Positions 22,836-27,433 of a stretch of DNA of 27,433 nt are shown here, one piece after another. Location of the stretch: IMG/VR virus record IMGVR_UViG_3300032291_003218, positions 1 to 27,433 of that record. The stretch is one strand, 5' to 3'. Both the position numbers and the translations under genes were made by a program. The notes under the pieces were generated by a model. The model was not told the origin of the DNA. It worked only from the letters and a program-made list of their open reading frames with translations, and searched no databases. Source of the DNA: a virus. Lineage: Duplodnaviria; Caudoviricetes. Every line of letters begins with the position of its first letter. Positions within the stretch are counted from its first letter, which is position 1.

Positions 22836-23053
22836 TTGTCTAGGTTTATTTCGTGTTCGTTTAGGCTATTAAAAAACGTTTCCCGTATGCGTTCAACCAT
22901 TTGGTATTCATCTGCGTTTAATTCTTCGTATTTCCATAGCTTACGGAGTTCCTGTTCCATTTCCCAAAGAACGTTTAACATTGCTTGTCCTTTAGTTGCG
23001 CAATAAAATTCAGCGTCTTCGTCGGGTAAGTTAAATTCAAGTGTTGCTTTCAT
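22832..23053 (-). CDS. hypothetical protein
   Basis: MKATLEFNLPDE; ATGA-coupled. Confidence 0.75.
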   Translation of the reverse strand: MKATLEFNLPDEDAEFYCATKGQAMLNVLWEMEQELRKLWKYEELNADEYQMVERIRETFFNSLNEHEINLDK

Positions 23054-23265
23054 ATTTCTTTTTTAAGTTTCTCAATATAAAGTGTAGCGTCCATAAGTTC
23101 TTCCTGAAGGTGGTTAAGCCATTCTATTAAATCCACGTCTTTACGGTCTAAATTAGTTCCGTATTTCTTTTTCCCTCGTTTACTGCGTTCGTGGTATTTA
23201 GTCATTACGGAAATTAAAATAGTGTCTTCGTGTTTAATTGGGTCTTGGTCGTGTGTTATGTTCAT
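23050..23265 (-). CDS. small all-alpha NTP pyrophosphohydrolase-like protein
   Basis: G..KYG...W..HLQEE.MD...Y (EExxD acidic motif). Confidence 0.5.
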   Translation of the reverse strand: MNITHDQDPIKHEDTILISVMTKYHERSKRGKKKYGTNLDRKDVDLIEWLNHLQEELMDATLYIEKLKKEI

Positions 23266-23933
23266 AAGGTTTGCATTAATAAGTTATAGTATTCTCTACA
23301 TAGTTCGACACGTTCTTTAATTTGCTCAATTACGGATTCGTCTTTTTGCACGAACCAATACTTTACACGTCGATTTTTCGGAATGTGGCTAAACTTATGC
23401 TTTGCTTCGATTTCTTCGCGTAGTTCCTGCGATTCGTCTATAAGGTGGAATTTCCAGTGAGCGCGTCTTATTTCGTCTTCTACCATTTCGCTTGGAGTAT
23501 CTATAAGGCAATAAGCTAAAATGGATTCTTGTTTACCCGTTAACCACATATACCCCTGCAACTGATAATAATAATCTTTGTTAGGCAACTCCGTTTCGAA
23601 CCACGGAAACGTTGAAGCGTCCCAAGAACTTTTAACATCTATTAATACTTCGTCCGTGTTTACGTCGGGAGTTCCAGTTATCCAATCGTTTGTAAAGTTT
23701 TCGTCGTTCTTGTAAATAAACTTAAAATTCAAAACATCGTTAACAAGCGCTATCGATTCTTCTTCGACTTCGTTTCCTTTGTCGGTGTAACGTGAACTAA
23801 ACTCCTTTCGGATTCCGTATTTTTCTTTCAATACGACTTCTTCTACGTAGGACTTAGCCGTTTGCGATAGGACTTCCCCCGACTTACGGGGGTTAGTCAT
23901 TATCTTACCAATTTGAGAACATCGGACTTTCAT
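23262..23933 (-). CDS. YqaJ-like (lambda exonuclease family) nuclease
   Basis: KG...E, GTPD, DVKSS, YYYQLQGYMW. Confidence 0.85.
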   Translation of the reverse strand: MKVRCSQIGKIMTNPRKSGEVLSQTAKSYVEEVVLKEKYGIRKEFSSRYTDKGNEVEEESIALVNDVLNFKFIYKNDENFTNDWITGTPDVNTDEVLIDVKSSWDASTFPWFETELPNKDYYYQLQGYMWLTGKQESILAYCLIDTPSEMVEDEIRRAHWKFHLIDESQELREEIEAKHKFSHIPKNRRVKYWFVQKDESVIEQIKERVELCREYYNLLMQTL

Positions 23934-24448
23934 ACGTTTTGTAATAATTTGGTTTGACCTTCCGTTAATTCAAACTTTTCGATTAGTTCTTCTTTAGTAT
24001 ATTTCCCTTCGGCAATCATTTCTAAAGCCTTACCAAGTCGTTTGTTATCGATAGTTGGTTTTTTCTTTATTTGTTCGCCAGAAGCGTCCGTGTCTTTGTC
24101 CGTAACTAATCCGAGTGCCGAACTCAAAGCGTATCGACGAAAGTAAGTAACACCACTTCCGAAACTTTGGTAATCGTTCATTCCCTTTAATTCAACTTGC
24201 GGAATAGCTACCTTTGATTCTAACGTTTCGCCACTTTCAACGTGGAAAATAACCGTAGCAATGTAATCGATTCCTTCTTTAGTGTCGAGCAACTGCGTAA
24301 AGCCTAATCCGTGTTTTTTTAGAAGTGGGTTAACTACTTCAAAAATCTTCGGTAAATCTGCGTAAGAATACCCGTAGCCTTGCGTCCCTTTGTGAATTAC
24401 TGGTACTTCTTGTTGGAAGGCTGCCAACGACTTAAATAAATGTTTCAT
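23930..24448 (-). CDS. erf: ERF family ssDNA-annealing protein
   Basis: YSYADL, HGLGFTQ, H.SGE, Q..GS..TY.RRY.L...LGL....DTD. Confidence 0.9.
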   Translation of the reverse strand: MKHLFKSLAAFQQEVPVIHKGTQGYGYSYADLPKIFEVVNPLLKKHGLGFTQLLDTKEGIDYIATVIFHVESGETLESKVAIPQVELKGMNDYQSFGSGVTYFRRYALSSALGLVTDKDTDASGEQIKKKPTIDNKRLGKALEMIAEGKYTKEELIEKFELTEGQTKLLQNV

Positions 24449-24481
24449 AGCGTATTATTTTTTAATTGAACTTGATGAAAT

Positions 24482-24658
24482 TTAACTCCCTAGATTTTTA
24501 ATGTTATCCAAACTGTATTTAGCAGTTAATAAACATTGTAACTGCATATGCAATTTTTCTTTTTCTTCGTTCCAATCTTGTTGTAAATCAAAATTGGTCT
24601 CAATAATCCAATTTTCTAAAGTTTCTTGGATTTCCGTAAATGTTAAATCTTTTTTCAT
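24482..24658 (-). CDS. hypothetical protein (start revised to 24658)
   Basis: ATACGCT-ATG start context; 58 aa. Confidence 0.65.
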   Translation of the reverse strand: MKKDLTFTEIQETLENWIIETNFDLQQDWNEEKEKLHMQLQCLLTAKYSLDNIKNLGS

Positions 24659-24706
24659 AGCGTATAAATTAAAACGTGCGTTAACCAAGTCGCACCCCTT
24701 GTTTTG

Positions 24707-24901
24707 TTAAAATAATTCTAATTCACTTTCTTTAACAGTACTTTTGCATAAACTACCCGTCCAAGTCTTAAATTCTAATTTTACTTTTCCGTTTTTTAAT
24801 ACTTTGGTAATTGTTGCTTTTTGAAATAAAAAACTTTCAAACATTTGTACTTTGTGAATTACTACATCTCCGATTTTTAATTTTGTTTCTTGTGTTTTCA
24901 T
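24707..24901 (-). CDS. small SH3/KOW-like hypothetical protein (start revised to 24901)
   Basis: LKIGDVV...ATITKV...KVKL; track start lies in promoter; AAAACGCT-ATG context. Confidence 0.65.
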   Translation of the reverse strand: MKTQETKLKIGDVVIHKVQMFESFLFQKATITKVLKNGKVKLEFKTWTGSLCKSTVKESELELF

Positions 24902-24925
24902 AGCGTTTTCGTTTTTAATTATACA

Positions 24926-24956
24926 CAAATATAAATATTATTTTTTAATCTGCAAA
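24926..24956 (-). promoter_or_regulatory. Bacteroidota primary-sigma promoter
   Basis: TTTG (24956-24953)-19 nt-TATATTTG (24933-24926), A-tracts upstream. Confidence 0.85.
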
Positions 24957-24973
24957 CTTTTTTCAATTTTTTT

Positions 24974-25357
24974 TTATATTTTTTTTCCTTCTTCGATATT
25001 TAGCAGGGTGTACGTCTTTTCGATAGGTGTAATTCTTTCGAAATGCGTTTCGTGTGGAAGTCGTTTATCGGTTATCCAATTAGGTTTAATGTTGCGTAAA
25101 TCAAAAGCAAAGATTCCGTTAGGAGTTGAATTTATGTAAACTGGCTTTTCGTCTTCTTCTACGTAGCGTTTAACCATATCCACGTACTTTATTTTTTCGA
25201 GAATTAAATTCGGGTAATGTCTTCTTCTACATTTAAGTTCGATTCGTGTTTTCGTACTTGGGGAGAAACAATCCCATTTATCGTAACGTCCCGTGCTTCG
25301 TTCTAAGTCGGGAAAATAGTTTTCCTTTAGGTAATTAAATAAAATAGATTCGTTCAT
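24974..25357 (-). CDS. PD-(D/E)XK nuclease-like protein
   Basis: WDC...IELKCR motif; AAAAACGCT-ATG start. Confidence 0.6.
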   Translation of the reverse strand: MNESILFNYLKENYFPDLERSTGRYDKWDCFSPSTKTRIELKCRRRHYPNLILEKIKYVDMVKRYVEEDEKPVYINSTPNGIFAFDLRNIKPNWITDKRLPHETHFERITPIEKTYTLLNIEEGKKI

Positions 25358-25869
25358 AGCGTTTTTATTTTTTGTTTGTAGGTTTCTATTATTTCTTTAA
25401 GTTCTTCGCGTGTGTATTTTCGTGTTTCGTGTGCTTTTTCGTGGAGTTCTATTAATTTATCCGCGCCTATTCTTTGTTGGATTCCTATTTGGTAGTTTAA
25501 TAAGTTTCCGTGTTTGTGTTGATTGCACGTTACGCATTGCCCGTGGACGTTGTTTTCATCGAATGTAACGGCTTTGTGCCCGCCACTACTAAAGTAATGC
25601 CCTGCGTCGTATTTACTCCCTAATGGTTTATCGCAACTTACGCAAGGTTTATCCTTGTCTCGAAGCCTTATGTACTTGTTAAAAACTACTTGAGCCAGTT
25701 TAGTTAGTTCCTGAACGGTTTGGAGTTCGTCTTTTAATACCTTTTTCTTCTTCTTCCATTGTTTTTCCTTTTCAAGTTCTACCCAAACACGGACGCAAAA
25801 AGAATCAAAGCAATACTTTTGGTTAAATCGAACGGGAGTAAATTCGGCTTTGCAGTTCTTACACTTCAT
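25354..25869 (-). CDS. ninG: NinG (Rap)-like recombination endonuclease
   Basis: CxxC, FNKYIRLRD..PCVSC, DAGHY, N.HGQC..CN...GN. Confidence 0.9.
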   Translation of the reverse strand: MKCKNCKAEFTPVRFNQKYCFDSFCVRVWVELEKEKQWKKKKKVLKDELQTVQELTKLAQVVFNKYIRLRDKDKPCVSCDKPLGSKYDAGHYFSSGGHKAVTFDENNVHGQCVTCNQHKHGNLLNYQIGIQQRIGADKLIELHEKAHETRKYTREELKEIIETYKQKIKTL

Positions 25870-26159
25870 TACTCGTAATTTAATGCTTTATTTATGGCTT
25901 CTAAACGCTTGTTTTCCGTGTTTAAGTCCAAGTTAATTAATTCTAACCTATAAGCGTTTTGGCGTAGCGCTCGATATTCTTGTTCGAGTTGATTCCAATA
26001 TATCTTACATTCTTGTAAATGTTCTAACGTTTCTTCCATACTATCTATTAAATCGGTTCGATTAGGGTTCTTCGCTTTTATTTCATTCAAACTTCCCTGA
26101 ATCTTTAAGTAAGTGTGAGATAAAAGAACTTGCGCTCGTAGTGTTGTGAAATCGTCCAT
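25869..26159 (-). CDS. coiled-coil hypothetical protein
   Basis: 96 aa, TAATG-coupled on both sides. Confidence 0.75.
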   Translation of the reverse strand: MDDFTTLRAQVLLSHTYLKIQGSLNEIKAKNPNRTDLIDSMEETLEHLQECKIYWNQLEQEYRALRQNAYRLELINLDLNTENKRLEAINKALNYE

Positions 26160-27049
26160 TATTTTGCTTTAGCGTATTTTTTAATTAATGTATTCCCGTG
26201 TTGTTCTTGCTCAAAGTAAACTAATTTTTCTTTATCGAAATAGATTTCGTGTTTACCTATTTTTCCGTTTGAACGTGGTTTAATCTTGTTAAAGTACAAT
26301 TCCGCTTTATAATAAGTTGGGTCTTCGCGGTGAACTGTTACCATACATTTTCCCGAGTTAAACCATTCCGAACCACCTTTTAAGTCGTAAGGAACTGGCG
26401 CACTTCGTTTTCCGTTTTCCTTTTCCGTTAGCTTTGGGTGGATAATAGTATGTAAATGTAAGTCGTTGTCTTCGGCTATTTGGTTACGATACGGAAGAAC
26501 GAACTCCAAGTATTGAGCATAACCACCGTAATCGTTGTAAGGGTGGTTTAAGTCCTTCCAAGAATCTATCGAAGCCGTTTCAAGTCCTTCGTCTTTTTTT
26601 AGCTGCACCGCGTAATCCCAAAATTCTATCGGTGTCATTTTCGCTTTAATATCGTCTCGCGTTAGTACCTTAAAATGGTGCGTTATCCATTCAATAGCTT
26701 GTAAAATTTCATCGTCCGTAATTACATTGTAATTACTTGGGTTGAAACTTTTACCCGTTTTCTTATTAATTAAGTCCGCGATAATTTCCACGTTCGAACC
26801 AACGTCGGGAAAATAAACCAAATGTTTCCACCCGTAAAAACGGCTCGTATTCATTAAACACTCCATAAGAACTTGAGTTTTACCGCTCATCGGAAACCCC
26901 GTCCAATCGGTGCAATTACCTAAACTCATTGAATAGTATTCGTCCATTCCTTCGAAGCCTAAGTATTTACCTTTTTCGTGGTAATTGTTTCTATACCTAA
27001 ATAGGTCATCTATTACTTCGTGTGCTTTTGTTATCTTAAATCCTTTCAT
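26159..27049 (-). CDS. SF4 (DnaB/T7 gp4-like) helicase
   Basis: Walker A TGFPMSGKT, IDSW Walker B-like, HP.K, YDLKGG..W, VHR, KIKP...GKIG. Confidence 0.8.
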   Translation of the reverse strand: MKGFKITKAHEVIDDLFRYRNNYHEKGKYLGFEGMDEYYSMSLGNCTDWTGFPMSGKTQVLMECLMNTSRFYGWKHLVYFPDVGSNVEIIADLINKKTGKSFNPSNYNVITDDEILQAIEWITHHFKVLTRDDIKAKMTPIEFWDYAVQLKKDEGLETASIDSWKDLNHPYNDYGGYAQYLEFVLPYRNQIAEDNDLHLHTIIHPKLTEKENGKRSAPVPYDLKGGSEWFNSGKCMVTVHREDPTYYKAELYFNKIKPRSNGKIGKHEIYFDKEKLVYFEQEQHGNTLIKKYAKAK

Positions 27050-27062
27050 ATTTCGTTTTTAA

Positions 27063-27433
27063 TTAGCGCCAACAAAATGTATTCTCGGCAGTTTGTTCTT
27101 TAGGTAGCCATTCGGATTTGAAACCACTCCAATTTCGCTCAACGCAATTCTTGAGTATAAAATTAGGACTATTTTCGTTTTTATTTACTTCGCGTATAAA
27201 TCCGTTAAACGCTGTTTCGGTGTTTGTAGCCTTTTTAACCTTGCGAACCTGAATCCAATCTTTTACAAGTTGTTCCTCGAATCCAAAAGAAACCATAGAA
27301 TCATAAAAACTAAATGTATTATTCTTTTCTTCTTTATTCTTTACATTCTTGTTAGTGGTCGTTTGTTGGTCATTCGTTGGTCGCTCGTTGGTCGATTCGT
27401 TGGTCTCTACTTGGTATTTATCGTAGTTAACTA
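27063..27433 (-). CDS. phage replication initiator / replisome organiser, 5' end outside window
   Basis: Frame open to window edge: VNYDKYQVETNESTNERPTNDQQTTTNKNVKNKEEKNN...W...RK.KKA...NW.GF. Confidence 0.75.
   Translation of the reverse strand, partial: VNYDKYQVETNESTNERPTNDQQTTTNKNVKNKEEKNNTFSFYDSMVSFGFEEQLVKDWIQVRKVKKATNTETAFNGFIREVNKNENSPNFILKNCVERNWSGFKSEWLPKEQTAENTFCWR
27352..27405. repeat. iteron-like direct repeats (candidate origin)
   Basis: GACCAACGA-like units x5 at 11,11,11,12-bp spacing, next to strand-asymmetric A-rich tract 27315-27350. Confidence 0.65.

Noticed and set aside
1926-24710. All other plus-strand ORFs in the track
   Set aside because: Short, lie opposite well-supported minus-strand genes, no recognisable motifs.
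27352-27405. CRISPR-like array
   Set aside because: Units are 11-12 bp without spacers and lie in a coding frame.
1-27433. tRNA, integrase, reverse transcriptase/DGR, intron or stop-codon recoding
   Set aside because: None recognisable; genes are intact and densely packed under the standard code. Lifestyle cannot be determined from this window.

Overview
Most of the genome of a tailed dsDNA (siphovirus-like) phage. All credible genes are on the minus strand. The host is very likely Bacteroidota/Flavobacteriia: promoters match TTTG-N19-21-TAnnTTTG and no Shine-Dalgarno sites are evident. In transcription order (right to left): replication initiator (partial, with internal iteron-like repeats), SF4 helicase, NinG, PD-(D/E)XK nuclease, ERF and YqaJ recombination pair, SSB-like protein, phage ECF-type sigma factor, TerS/TerL, a -1 frameshifted putative tail chaperone, tail genes, tape measure, XkdF-like protease, scaffold, capsid, tail tube, portal, adaptor, fibre, holin/amidase/u-spanin-like lysis cassette, metallophosphoesterase, then small early genes. 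The main unexplained signal is regulatory. Seven early/middle start codons share the context ACGCT-ATG. The reverse complement of that context lies in a candidate ~40-nt transcription unit (~1866-1904) between a promoter -7 element and a terminator, suggesting a tiny multi-target anti-start-codon RNA. A second motif (ACA-N16-RTT, ATG exactly 30 nt after the ACA start) suggests leaderless late transcripts. All product calls are from motif recognition by eye, without database searches.
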